A stretch of DNA of 64,000 nt from Methanobacteriota archaeon (GTDB lineage: Archaea; Halobacteriota; Bog-38; Methanoflorentales; Methanoflorentaceae). The stretch is from contig CAVRAO010000008.1 of NCBI GenBank assembly GCA_963719035.1, forward strand, positions 320,001 through 384,000, in the 5' to 3' direction. A program made the position numbers and the translations under genes. Under the pieces are notes generated by a model. It was not told the DNA's origin. It did not search any database and was given only the letters and a program-made list of their open reading frames with translations. Of this stretch, positions 8,502 through 18,825 are shown in pieces (position 1 is the first letter of the stretch; each line of letters begins with the position of its first letter).

Positions 8502-10082
8502 TCAATTTAAAACGTTCAGGACCGTTCCTACGCCTTTGCTTTTGCCTTCTCTGAAAATAAATTTCTGCCCAGCATAAACGTGATATGGCCGATATTTGAA
8601 TCGGATCCTTGCTCTTCCGGATTCTCCAGCCATCATGAATTCGCTTTCAGGATAAAATGTCACGCTCTCCGATATAGTCTCGATATGAATTACCGGTTCA
8701 TAACCACGTCCGATCCTCGTTGGATGCTGTAAGATATACACTTCGCTAATGAATTCCTTTACAGCAACAGGTTTATTCCGGGAAATAACCATGCCTCGCT
8801 CAATCTGATGTGGTTTAACCCCCTTGATTGCCAATCCCACGATATCACCTGCAGACGCTTTTTCAACGTTGCAGTGGTGCATTTCAATCGATTGAATCTT
8901 CACTAGGCGCAACGCGCCGTCTTTTCCTGGGCCTAAATAGAGCTTATCGCCTACAACAACTCTACCGCTTTTGATCGTTCCGCTGGCGACCGACCCAACG
9001 CCCGTTATCTGGTAAACTCGATCGATGTAAATCTCAAAATCTCCGTCTTCAGTGTTATTCCTTTTTGGCAAACACTTAAAAAGCTCATCCAAGATTTCTA
9101 TGCCCTCAAGCGTGACAGGCGAAGCTCGTATAATCGGGACGAGCAGTCCCTGTGCGACCTTGCTATAGATCCGCTCGACCCGATCGACCGTCTTTAACTT
9201 GTATGGCACGCGGCCGACGATTCCTAAGACATCGTGGATCTGAGATTCGACCTCTACCAACGTGTGCTCAGAGACTCTGTCTATCTTTGTTACAGCTATT
9301 ATAGTGGGCAGCTCCATTGCGAGTAGGATCCCAAGATGTTCCCGCGTGACGTTCGTAACTCCGTCGTCAGCTGAAACGACAAGAAGCCCATAATCGAGCT
9401 TCGGGCCGACAATTCCTCTGATGGTGGTTCTGAGCCACGGTTCATGGCCTACAGTGTCCACAAATGACACTAACTTTCTAGACTTTTGAACGACCCCCGC
9501 TCGTTCTTTTTTGCTTAGGGGGTTCTTAAGCCGAATGACATGTTCGTTGAACCCGTAAACGACATACGATAAGTCAGCGGAGAGCCCCCGCTCTATTTCG
9601 TGAGGTTTCACATCGAGATAGAGTCTCGTTTTTCCTGAGCCGTCATCAGGAGTTCCACTTACGATCGTTCCGACCAACGTGCTCTTCCCGTGGTCAACGT
9701 GGCCTGCCGTTCCAACAAGGATATGATCTTTAGCGGCATGTGTGTTCTTGATCGTCACTAACCCGATATGACCATTGCGGACTGGATAATCCTCCCGCTT
9801 ACTGATGTCAGCGCCGATGTCGTGGGCGATTTCTTGCAAAACAGTCACAGACTCCTCTAGCTGTGATCTAGAAATACCCTTTAAATAGCCTGAATCAGTG
9901 ATTCCGACGACATATTGCGCTTTCCCATTAGCTTGTAGCAGTTTATCGTTCATCTGACACGCGAGGGTCTGCCGGCGCTCTTCCTTAAGGTGCGTTTCAC
10001 GTGTCAAAAACTCTTTAAACTCAAGCCCCGCTCCCTCACCGGTGCCTGCGATCGCCGTCAGTTTCTCAAAACCCGAAAACAT
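8502..10082 (-). CDS. Archaeal GTPBP1/GP-1 family translational GTPase
   Basis: GHVDHGKST, DTVGHEPWLRTTIRG and TKID, EF-Tu-like domains II/III, and an N-terminal EFKE...YVVGITDSG extension. Confidence 0.88.
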   Translation of the reverse strand: MFSGFEKLTAIAGTGEGAGLEFKEFLTRETHLKEERRQTLACQMNDKLLQANGKAQYVVGITDSGYLKGISRSQLEESVTVLQEIAHDIGADISKREDYPVRNGHIGLVTIKNTHAAKDHILVGTAGHVDHGKSTLVGTIVSGTPDDGSGKTRLYLDVKPHEIERGLSADLSYVVYGFNEHVIRLKNPLSKKERAGVVQKSRKLVSFVDTVGHEPWLRTTIRGIVGPKLDYGLLVVSADDGVTNVTREHLGILLAMELPTIIAVTKIDRVSEHTLVEVESQIHDVLGIVGRVPYKLKTVDRVERIYSKVAQGLLVPIIRASPVTLEGIEILDELFKCLPKRNNTEDGDFEIYIDRVYQITGVGSVASGTIKSGRVVVGDKLYLGPGKDGALRLVKIQSIEMHHCNVEKASAGDIVGLAIKGVKPHQIERGMVISRNKPVAVKEFISEVYILQHPTRIGRGYEPVIHIETISESVTFYPESEFMMAGESGRARIRFKYRPYHVYAGQKFIFREGKSKGVGTVLNVLN

Positions 10083-10264
10083 GTCCGCAAGTCAATAGGT
10101 GTTGTTATGACGAATAGTTCTATCGATGAGATATACTGCTTTCAGCCCTAACTTCCCCGCGAAGATCCCTTCGTTGGTTGCAAAAAGCATTGATTTAATC
10201 TGCTCAGCGTCTTGCTAACGCTGCTGTTACCGCCAGAATGTCGGTAACTCACCTACCGGAGGTG

Positions 10265-10693
10265 TCACGTGCTTGTCGGTCTTTCGTTTCTAAAGAGATA
10301 TAGTGGCAGCCCTCGAAAGCTTCGCAAGGTTAGTCGCGCGTCTTCAATGATTTCAGACCCAAACGGTTTTATAAGCGCGTCAGCACCTACCAGTCCAGAT
10401 ATAGCTAGGATATTTGGTTGAATTTCGAGTGGTGGGCGAGAAGAAAATATCAGACTAGCGCCTTGGTACACGTGCAGAGCTGGACAGGTTACGTCGTCTT
10501 TAACATAGATTGGCGCCAGCCGCCTATCGACAGCGTCGAGTTCGAGTAAATCCGTTGCCGCAACTGTAAAAAAAGGGCGTAATGCTACAGCAACTGCTGA
10601 AAACCTTCCACAACCAACCTCAACTATCATTTTCGAATAGTTGTTCTTTATAAATTCCGTGAGAACTTCTGTAACGCATCCGTGCTTATCCAC
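10265..10693 (-). CDS. UPF0146 family protein
   Basis: VEVGCG, DDVTCP, YQGASLIFSSRPPLEIQ. Confidence 0.75.
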   Translation of the reverse strand: MDKHGCVTEVLTEFIKNNYSKMIVEVGCGRFSAVAVALRPFFTVAATDLLELDAVDRRLAPIYVKDDVTCPALHVYQGASLIFSSRPPLEIQPNILAISGLVGADALIKPFGSEIIEDARLTLRSFRGLPLYLFRNERPTST

Positions 10694-10762
10694 AGCTTTT
10701 AATTATTCTTACGTGTCATAAACTTGTTCCACATCCACAAGCCATAAGCACGGGGTTGTCGC

Positions 10763-11200
10763 GTGTACTCAATTCGTAAGTTCCAACCGTCAGATTTTGA
10801 ACGGGTTATCGGTATCGAAAAAGAGGCATTCGACGAATATAATCCCATTCTGTTTATGGCAGCTTACGAGACGTTTCCTGAGGGGTTTCTTGTTGCAGAC
10901 AAAGATGGTGACGTGATTGGGTTCTTAACCACAGTAGCGGTCTCGCTATACGAGGTGAAGATTTTATCGCTAGCTGTCGATAGAAGATATCAAAGCAAAG
11001 GGCTTGCATCGATGCTCTTGCAGAGTCTCTTCGAAGTTGTGCGAACGAAAAGAATTCTAAAAATACTCCTCGAAGTGAGGCTGAGCAACGTTCGCGCTCA
11101 GAGATTGTATCTATCGCTCGGCTTTAATCTCGTAAAGGTAATTTGTTCGTATTATCAGGACGGAGAAGACGCCTATTTGATGGAAAAGATGCTAACTTAG
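10763..11200 (+). CDS. rimI: RimI/Ard1-like GNAT N-acetyltransferase
   Basis: LAVDRRYQSKGLA acetyl-CoA motif, LEVRLSN, YYQDGEDAYLM. Confidence 0.88.
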   Translation: MYSIRKFQPSDFERVIGIEKEAFDEYNPILFMAAYETFPEGFLVADKDGDVIGFLTTVAVSLYEVKILSLAVDRRYQSKGLASMLLQSLFEVVRTKRILKILLEVRLSNVRAQRLYLSLGFNLVKVICSYYQDGEDAYLMEKMLT

Positions 11201-11203
11201 TAT

Positions 11204-11485
11204 CTATCGGAGTCTGATCATCTCAGTTCGCTCGGCGAGTTCTTGCATTCGTGCGGAAATCCTCCCTGTGCCCGAAAGCTCTTCGGAGTCCATGACAGAT
11301 GCGAGCTCGTTGCCAAGTACGAAGATAGCGTGCTTATGTTCCGCTTTGCTTCTATGTATGTGCATAGGGCCAATATGAAGCGAAGCGTACCGCTCAAACT
11401 CACCGTTACAAAATGTGTGTTCTTCAAAATAGTTCTTACAGCGAACTAAAAGCGTATGTAATTGAATCAATTCCTCTTTATGCAT
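11204..11485 (-). CDS. UPF0058 family protein
   Basis: MHKEELIQLH...PMHIHRSKAEHKHAIFVLG; RBS GAGGT upstream of the ATG at 11485. Confidence 0.8.
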   Translation of the reverse strand: MHKEELIQLHTLLVRCKNYFEEHTFCNGEFERYASLHIGPMHIHRSKAEHKHAIFVLGNELASVMDSEELSGTGRISARMQELAERTEMIRLR

Positions 11486-11665
11486 GGGCCATACCTCGGT
11501 GTCGTTAGACGCTAAACTGGTTAAAATCAAGTCGTATAAAGTGTTTATGTAGGAATAGAGCTTCCGAAAAACTATATTTAAATATAGCGCTTTCTACAGC
11601 GCTAAAGAAGGACAAAAAAGAGTTAGGGGGTGCGGAACTGGTTAAAACGGTCCCTCAGCGTTAGA

Positions 11666-12877
11666 TTACTTAATATCTTCGGTCGTAAGTACTTTGACCG
11701 ACACTGGTCGTTTCACGACGTTGCCGATTTTAACCCCGATTAGGTAATTAAGCTCCTTTTCTGCCGCAATATCAAGAATACGTTGGGTTATTACTCCGTC
11801 AAAAACGACGCTTTTAACAAGACCGTTTGACTCTTTTAGTGCGCTGACAAGATTGCGCACTTCCACCTCTTTTAAAACTTTCCCCTCAGCGTCGAGCAAA
11901 AAAGCATTCAACGTGCCATTTAGCGCCTCGGCATACTCTCTGAAGCTTTTTTCAACGGAAGACGGCTCGCTAGCTTCCACTGTTGCTACGCGCGGCGCGG
12001 GTTCTGGTCCCTTCCGAACGCTTTGTGCGGGCTTCCTTTTGCTCTTCTGCTCAAGCACCTGCTCGATAGGTATCTTGTTTCTCAGCGCCTTTACAATCTC
12101 TTTCTGAGACAGATCTTCAACGCTCTTGCCCTCGGGCGCCGACGCGACGAAATCAACGTCAGCTGTTTGCAGGAGTTCCTTTAGGATCAGTTCGCCCCCC
12201 CGATCACCGTCTACGAACGTTGTGACTGTCTTTTTCTTACTTAGCTCAATCACCGCCTTGGGAACGTTCGTCCCCTCAACTGCAATAGCGTTCTTGATGC
12301 CGCACCGTAGTAGATTCAGAACATCGGCCCGTCCTTCAACGATCAATATTGCGTCAGAATCCTGAACATTGGGGCCTGCCGGTAGTTTATCTTTTCCATA
12401 AGAAACTAGTTCGTCGACTCGAACAGCTTGCTTAACCGATTCTGTGAGTTCTTGGCTCTCAGGAAGGCTTTCGTCAAACTTGTTCAGAAGTATGTGTTTC
12501 GCCTGGTCGACGATTTGACGTCGCTTTGATGCCCGCACGTCCTCAATCTTGGTAACTGTAATACCCGCTATACATGGCCCAACGCGGTCAATCGTTTCCA
12601 GCGATGCTGCGAGTATCGATGTTTCAATCTTATCCAGAGAGGATGAGATGAGGACGTAACCGTCGGACTTGCCGCTTTTGGAGCTAATGTTTACTTCGAT
12701 CCGGCCGATCCTACCGGTTTTTTGAAGCTCTCGTAGGTCTAAATCGTCTCCAAGTAGCCCCTCTGTTTGTCCAAAAATCGCCCCAACGACGTCAGGCTTC
12801 TCGACGACGCCATCAGTGTGGATATCAGCATAAATAACGTATTTTGTAGTGTCAGAATTTTGCATATCTACCGTCAT
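11666..12877 (-). CDS. dnaG: Archaeal DnaG (TOPRIM, exosome-associated)
   Basis: [42 protein letters not shown]. Confidence 0.95.
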   Translation of the reverse strand: MTVDMQNSDTTKYVIYADIHTDGVVEKPDVVGAIFGQTEGLLGDDLDLRELQKTGRIGRIEVNISSKSGKSDGYVLISSSLDKIETSILAASLETIDRVGPCIAGITVTKIEDVRASKRRQIVDQAKHILLNKFDESLPESQELTESVKQAVRVDELVSYGKDKLPAGPNVQDSDAILIVEGRADVLNLLRCGIKNAIAVEGTNVPKAVIELSKKKTVTTFVDGDRGGELILKELLQTADVDFVASAPEGKSVEDLSQKEIVKALRNKIPIEQVLEQKSKRKPAQSVRKGPEPAPRVATVEASEPSSVEKSFREYAEALNGTLNAFLLDAEGKVLKEVEVRNLVSALKESNGLVKSVVFDGVITQRILDIAAEKELNYLIGVKIGNVVKRPVSVKVLTTEDIK

Positions 12878-13086
12878 CTCCTTAGAAACAGCAGAAGCTA
12901 AAAAGGGTTAATAATAGGCCTTTTCAATTATCGCTATTCAATTATTGCTAAAGTCGCAGTTAGTGATAATTGCAAGCTCCTGCTTGCAGTGTGAATGTAG
13001 GTTATCGTGACCTTGTTCACTTTCTATCTTGCCCCGCTAATTATTAAAACTACCGATGTGTTACAAAACGTTGATAAGTCTTTTTC

Positions 13087-13410
13087 TTAACTAAACTGCT
13101 TTTTTAACCTCGTGTTGATAACCGTCTCAACTTCTTCAATGTCAATATTACGCAATAATACCACTTTTCTGGTGCTTGTTTGACCTGAAATTAGTTGCAC
13201 GTCGTTTACTGGTTTATTAAACAACAGAGCTAAGTATCTGACGAGTTGTTCGTTGGCTTTGCCCTTCTGGGCGTGCTCAGTAAGCTTGATGCAGAGTGTG
13301 TGCCGCCACGCGTTGTATCCACTCACACCCGAGTATCGCGAGCCTGGACTGACCTCAACGTGAAGGGTTACACCTTCCGGAACCGTCCTCAAAGCATCTG
13401 CAAGCTGCAT
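13087..13410 (-). CDS. DUF167/UPF0235 protein
   Basis: VSPGS, KGKANEQL, ISGQTSTRK. Confidence 0.8.
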   Translation of the reverse strand: MQLADALRTVPEGVTLHVEVSPGSRYSGVSGYNAWRHTLCIKLTEHAQKGKANEQLVRYLALLFNKPVNDVQLISGQTSTRKVVLLRNIDIEEVETVINTRLKKQFS

Positions 13411-13913
13411 TGAATTTGATAAAGAGATTTGTTGGTCTGTGCCCTGACGCACTAACTCCGAAGGCTCATTCTAATGAAATTTTCGCTGTCACCTTCAGTT
13501 ACCCTCGTGCCAGGGCATATTGCGACCTGTACCATTGCGGGGTTGTCTTGTTATCATCGAAGGGCATTTGCCAGGAACTCAACCAAGGACCTATACGCAA
13601 CGGAAATTCTCGCTCCTTTATGCACTGATAGTCATCCAAACACAAAAGTGACGCGTCGCACCAGTCCTCTTAGGAGCGCTAAATTGTATGTGGAGGATAT
13701 TATATATCGTTTTGCTGGTTTGTAAGCGCTGCTTTCGCAACACAAGCCCGAGTCAGCAGCATCAATGCCAAGGGAGGCGCACTGCTATGAATTGAGGCCT
13801 GCCTGCAAACGAAGGCTTTCAAGAAATGCAGCCAGTAAAAAGAGAGCATGGCCCGCGCGACCGGCCAGATCGATGTTTATTTATGATCATATCGATATAT
13901 TTGTACTTGAAAC

Positions 13914-14843
13914 ATGTTTGACCCGTTTCATCGTCCAATAAAAAGCCTGCGCATTTCCTTAACGCGCAAATGCAACCTTAAGTGCCTATATTGTCACGAA
14001 GAGGGAGAGCTACGCAGTGCTCAGCCGTATGAGATCTCTGTGGCTGAAATAGCCAAAATCGCTCGAATCTGCCACAACGAGGGCGTAACGAAGGTCAAGT
14101 TTTCGGGCGGAGAGCCGCTTTTGCGCAAAGATATTAGCGAGGTTATTAAGGCGCTGCCGCCTTTCGAAGATATTTCAATGACGACCAACGGTCAACTCCT
14201 CGAAGAGCGGATAGGCGATCTAAAAGGACTTGACAGGGTAAACGTTAGCGTAGACACGTTTAATCCAGCCACCTACAAGAAGCTCACCGGGGGGAATATC
14301 GAAAACGTAGTGCGCGGACTCGACGCGGCGCTCGAAGCAGGTCTGACACCTATCAAGATCAACATGGTGGTGATGGACGGAATCAATGATCACGAGATTG
14401 GAGACATGATCAGGTATGTGCGAGGGAAAGAGATGGTTTTGCAGCTGATCGAACTAATGGACTTCAAGAAACACTCGGAGCTCAGGGGCTCGAATCTTCG
14501 CGTTATAGAAAGCACCCTGGAGGGGCTGTCAGATAGAACGACGACGAATACCTTGCACAAAAGAAAGAAGTTCGAGATCAACGACGCTGAAATTGAGATC
14601 GTCCGCCCCGTAGACAACACCGAGTTTTGCATGAACTGCACCAGGCTGAGAGTGACTTCAGACGCAAAGCTTAAGCCTTGTCTTCTCAGAAATGACAATA
14701 TTGTCGATGTACGAGGAATCGATCAAGTTTCAGACGCCGAAGCGTTAGAAATTATCGTGAAAGCTGTCAAACGGAGGGAGCCATATTACAAACCAAGACC
14801 AATTGACGGAGCTTATAGTCGACGGAAAGCGGATACCTATTAA
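13914..14843 (+). CDS. moaA: GTP 3',8-cyclase (radical SAM, Moco biosynthesis)
   Basis: LRISLT, CNLKCLYC, SGGEPL and a C-terminal FCMNCTRLR...LKPCL cluster motif. Confidence 0.93.
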   Translation: MFDPFHRPIKSLRISLTRKCNLKCLYCHEEGELRSAQPYEISVAEIAKIARICHNEGVTKVKFSGGEPLLRKDISEVIKALPPFEDISMTTNGQLLEERIGDLKGLDRVNVSVDTFNPATYKKLTGGNIENVVRGLDAALEAGLTPIKINMVVMDGINDHEIGDMIRYVRGKEMVLQLIELMDFKKHSELRGSNLRVIESTLEGLSDRTTTNTLHKRKKFEINDAEIEIVRPVDNTEFCMNCTRLRVTSDAKLKPCLLRNDNIVDVRGIDQVSDAEALEIIVKAVKRREPYYKPRPIDGAYSRRKADTY

Positions 14844-14960
14844 CCAGTTTGTCCAAGACGTTTTTGCTGGAGTAATAGGTGGCGTTCTCTTGTCTATTCA
14901 CGGCATTGACGACGATTGGAAGCTCGCAGAAATAAAGATAAAGCACAGCGATTAGTTTTT

Positions 14961-15692
14961 ATGGAGCTTGATTCGCTCGTCGAAACACTTGAAGCAATTG
15001 CGCCTCCTGAACTCGCTGATCCTATCGATGATGGACGAATAGGGCTCATATCTCGCGGGCGGGAGAACGTCAACGTAATAACGGTTGCTTTGGATCCGAC
15101 AGCGAACGTTATTCAAAAGGCGATACAAAACAACGCTGATATACTGATCACTCACCACACACTGATTTGGAACCCCATCACTAAGGTCCCCTTAAGTATT
15201 CAAAAACAGCTCAAACTCATCTTGGAGAACGATTTATCGTTTTATGTCCTGCATACCAACTACGATGCAGCAACTGGGGGGGTCAATGACGTGTTAGCGA
15301 AACTCGTCGGATTGCACGACATCGAACCTTTTGGCATCGGACGAATTGGCACAATCAGACCGGTCAGCACATCAGATTTCGCGAAGCACGTAGCGCAAAA
15401 ACTGAATACACACGTCCAGTTTGTCGGAACGCGCGTCGTAAAAAAGGTAGCGGTGATTGGCGGTAGCGGCTTTGATGCGACGGACCAAGCAATTGCAGCT
15501 GGTGCTGATGCACTTCTTTCAGCCGAGCTGAGTCATGCTGCTATTCGCCGCGCGGAAGGGCACCTTTCTCTCGTCGATGCAACGCATTATGCTACTGAAG
15601 TGCCGGCAATGAAAGTCCTAGCCCAGCGTGTGGGCGGTGATTTCATTGATGACATACCGAAGCTCTACAGTTTCGGGTGCAAAGACAAATGA
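14961..15692 (+). CDS. Nif3-like dinuclear metal-centre protein
   Basis: ITHHTL, HTNYD, GGSG, THYATE. Confidence 0.88.
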   Translation: MELDSLVETLEAIAPPELADPIDDGRIGLISRGRENVNVITVALDPTANVIQKAIQNNADILITHHTLIWNPITKVPLSIQKQLKLILENDLSFYVLHTNYDAATGGVNDVLAKLVGLHDIEPFGIGRIGTIRPVSTSDFAKHVAQKLNTHVQFVGTRVVKKVAVIGGSGFDATDQAIAAGADALLSAELSHAAIRRAEGHLSLVDATHYATEVPAMKVLAQRVGGDFIDDIPKLYSFGCKDK

Positions 15693-15742
15693 CGACCTCT
15701 GCCATCGTGAAGACACAGTCGTGATGCATAGGAGAGGTATCC

Positions 15743-16039
15743 TTGTTTTCAGATACGTTTAAACGACAAATTGAACTCGAATACGGCAATCGAGGAAAAA
15801 AAGGACTTGAGATAGCTGGAGAAAGGCGTGTAAAACGTTATAAAGACTTTTATGTCGTCGTTGGAGAGACTGACGAGTACATCGTCGAGGAGACTCTGTG
15901 CACCTGCAAAGACTTTTTGTTCAACACTTCACGAAATATAGTAAAATGCAGCCATATGATTGCCGTTGAAATTGCGGAACAGGAAGGTTTGATTGATGTT
16001 ATTAACGCGTGGTATCAGGACGTGCGACCATTGCTGTAG
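15743..16039 (+). CDS. SWIM zinc-finger protein
   Basis: CTCKDF...KCSH motif; GGAGAGG RBS before a TTG start. Confidence 0.75.
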   Translation: MFSDTFKRQIELEYGNRGKKGLEIAGERRVKRYKDFYVVVGETDEYIVEETLCTCKDFLFNTSRNIVKCSHMIAVEIAEQEGLIDVINAWYQDVRPLL

Positions 16040-16065
16040 CACGACTTTAGTTATCGACTGAGGGA

Positions 16066-17400
16066 TCAGCAGCTCACATCAGGGAGTTTCTTTCCTGTTC
16101 GTAGATATTCAATCATCTTTTGTTTCTTACTTATAGCCCGCTCAGCAGCCAGATCGATCCGAGCACGCATTAACTCAATTTCATTATCTTCTGCCTGTTC
16201 ACCGACTACTTTTTTCAAAGGGGTATACGCCGATTCGCGGAACTTTGGCGTAAGGGCAAACGGTTCACCACCCCGCAGCACTTCAGCGCCGCGCCCTTGT
16301 GTTATATAACCAACCTCGTCGACTTTGATGATGCCCTTCAAGGCGCTTTTTATTGCCGGTCCGAGCTCAGCAGGGACAATCAAAAGCAGCGAATCAACAG
16401 AGACCCCCATGAAATCGATCTGCAGATCGTCCAGCATCTTCAAAACTGCTGGGTTAATTAGGGGCCGTACCTTCTCTTCTTCGAAAACGATTTTCACATG
16501 CGCTGTTTTTGATATTTCCTCCGCGTCCCCTCGTATGCCGCCGTTTGTGACGTCGGTCATCGCGTGTATTTGGGTGACCAAGCCGGTCTGAATCAACTTG
16601 TTACAAGCGTGAAGAAACTTAAGATTCAATGTTTCTTGCACCACTTCTGGACGACCGTTGTACAACGCTGCGGCTGTTATGGTTCCCCCTCCTGCCCCTT
16701 CTGTCAACATAATGACGTCACCTACACGTGCATTGATGCGCGCCGTTAAGCCTTCAGTACTGGCCACTCCAACTGCTCCGACACATCCGGTAAGTCGATC
16801 ACCGATAACCATGTCACCACCGATTCTCAACGTGCTGCCAGTGATGAGCGGTACGTTCATGACTTCCGCTACCGCGCCGATTCCAGCCGTGTAGTCAAAA
16901 ACTTTTGAAATATCTCCATCATCAGCCACGTGAATGTCTGAGAACAACGCAACTGGCTGCGCGCCCATGACGTAGATGTCCCGCAGCGATGCGCGTGTTA
17001 CGTGGAATCCAGCGAGAAATGGAAAATCGCTCAAGCGTGAATGCATGCCGTCTACGGTGACTACAATCAAGTCCCCATGTGCTCTCACCACCCCTGAATC
17101 ATCAAGCTGATCGGAGCCAACAAGAGCGCTTGTTTTACCGATAATGCTCGCTATTTTTTCGTGCACAAAGAAGTCGCCGGCTCCTCGTGAGCCGACGCCG
17201 AAATTACCCATGGTAACCCCAGACAGTTCTCGATCACAAAGGGTCCGTTCCGCTTCCTCAACGACCGCTTGGGATAAACGGAGCGCTGACTCTCTAGGAA
17301 TGTCGCGTACTTCCAAAAGTCGCTCAACAAGCGTGAGCTCGATATCTTCTTTTGCTACTCCGCGCCTCAGCGCGTTTTTCGCATAGCCTTCGAGATCCAC
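16066..17400 (-). CDS. AIR synthase (PurM/HypE-like) related protein
   Basis: MDLEGYA, GVGSRGAGDFFVH, DDSGV, DGMHSRLS and MTDVTNGG; a family common in methanogens. Confidence 0.82.
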   Translation of the reverse strand: MDLEGYAKNALRRGVAKEDIELTLVERLLEVRDIPRESALRLSQAVVEEAERTLCDRELSGVTMGNFGVGSRGAGDFFVHEKIASIIGKTSALVGSDQLDDSGVVRAHGDLIVVTVDGMHSRLSDFPFLAGFHVTRASLRDIYVMGAQPVALFSDIHVADDGDISKVFDYTAGIGAVAEVMNVPLITGSTLRIGGDMVIGDRLTGCVGAVGVASTEGLTARINARVGDVIMLTEGAGGGTITAAALYNGRPEVVQETLNLKFLHACNKLIQTGLVTQIHAMTDVTNGGIRGDAEEISKTAHVKIVFEEEKVRPLINPAVLKMLDDLQIDFMGVSVDSLLLIVPAELGPAIKSALKGIIKVDEVGYITQGRGAEVLRGGEPFALTPKFRESAYTPLKKVVGEQAEDNEIELMRARIDLAAERAISKKQKMIEYLRTGKKLPDVSC

Positions 17401-18020
17401 TAACACAACTCCACGAAGTTCTTTAGTATCCGCAAACCGACCGTTGAAGATTTCTCTGGATGGAATTGCGTGCCAAAAACGCTTCCGCTGGCAATAACAG
17501 CGGTAAAATCGGTGCCATAGTTAGAAGTTGCAATGGTATGGCTACCTGGTTCTACATAATACGAATGAACAAAATAAACGTACCCGCCGTCGACACCTTT
17601 GACCACTGCGTTTTCGTTCACTACCTCTAAGCGATTCCATCCCATATGAGGTATCTTAAACTTTTCAGAGGTGGTATCGAAGTTGAACCGCTTGACGTGA
17701 CCTTGCAGGAGGTTTAAACCCTCGACTGGCCCCCCTTGACGCTCTCCCTCGTCGCTCACGGTCAGCAACATCTGCATGCCCAAGCAGATCCCCAGCACGG
17801 GCGTACCTTCGTCAACAGCATGCAGCAGCGCTTTTTTTTTGTTTTGCACGTTCTGCATACCGCTGTTAAACGCACCCACCCCTGGGAGCACCAACCCGTC
17901 TGCGCTGCTAAACCGAGTGGAATCTGAAGTAACTTCAACCTGTGCTCCAACGCGTTCAAGGCCACGCCTTACGCTTCTAAGGTTCCCTAAACCATAATCT
18001 ATTACAACAATTCGTTTCAT
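17400..18020 (-). CDS. hisH: Imidazole glycerol phosphate synthase glutaminase subunit
   Basis: IDYGLGNL, LPGVGAF, GICLGMQ, PHMGWN, YFVHSY, QFHPEKS. Confidence 0.95.
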   Translation of the reverse strand: MKRIVVIDYGLGNLRSVRRGLERVGAQVEVTSDSTRFSSADGLVLPGVGAFNSGMQNVQNKKKALLHAVDEGTPVLGICLGMQMLLTVSDEGERQGGPVEGLNLLQGHVKRFNFDTTSEKFKIPHMGWNRLEVVNENAVVKGVDGGYVYFVHSYYVEPGSHTIATSNYGTDFTAVIASGSVFGTQFHPEKSSTVGLRILKNFVELC

Positions 18021-18309
18021 AGCCAGCTGTAAACAAACCGGGTCTACACTTTGCGGTCGTATTCAGTAATATATTTCCAACTGTATATATTAGGTCTCTA
18101 CAACAACCTACTCACCTAAACGTATTGAACCGTGAGCCATAACCCTGCAATACGTGTGGTCTAAGTCACGTAAACGGTGTTAAGCCTAATCTCAAGACGG
18201 GCGTATTTCGACAAACCAGCGTATTTATGGATTTTTTTACGTTAGCGTAGCGACGTCAGTCCGTATTTAACCGCAGTCAGCTTAATATACAGCTAAAGTA
18301 TTGAGATAA

Positions 18310-18762
18310 ATGATGGGAGATGAAGTAACCGCCGTCGAAATCAAAGGCATATACATGGTCAGCACTACTACCGGCCATACGCCAGTAGTGCTGTTAACGG
18401 ACGACGGGGACCGTTTCTTGCCGATATACATTGGTATCTCTGAAGCAATTTCAATCAACGCAGCGTTACACGGAGAGATACCATCTCGCCCAATGACACA
18501 CGATTTGATAATGTCGATACTGGAAAACTTTGAAGCGAGCATAGTGACGGTTATTATAGATGATATGGAAGAGGGCATCTATTATGCCCAACTCTCAATA
18601 AAAGTTAATGGCACCGAAAAACAACTCGACGCGCGTCCGAGCGATTGCATTGCGCTCGCGATTCGATCAGACACTACGGTGCTCATACGACGCTCTATCC
18701 TAGACGAAGGCGCAATAAACAAAGATGACCTCGACATCAAAGAAATGGATTTTTTCTTATAG
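18310..18762 (+). CDS. Bifunctional nuclease family protein (DUF151)
   Basis: LPIYIG, RPMTHDL, DARPSDCIALA. Confidence 0.88.
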   Translation: MMGDEVTAVEIKGIYMVSTTTGHTPVVLLTDDGDRFLPIYIGISEAISINAALHGEIPSRPMTHDLIMSILENFEASIVTVIIDDMEEGIYYAQLSIKVNGTEKQLDARPSDCIALAIRSDTTVLIRRSILDEGAINKDDLDIKEMDFFL

Positions 18763-18825
18763 CGGGCTGATGTCCACTGCCGCTCCTCGCCATGTTTATC
18801 TAATATCAAAAGCTTTCGTTTCTTA

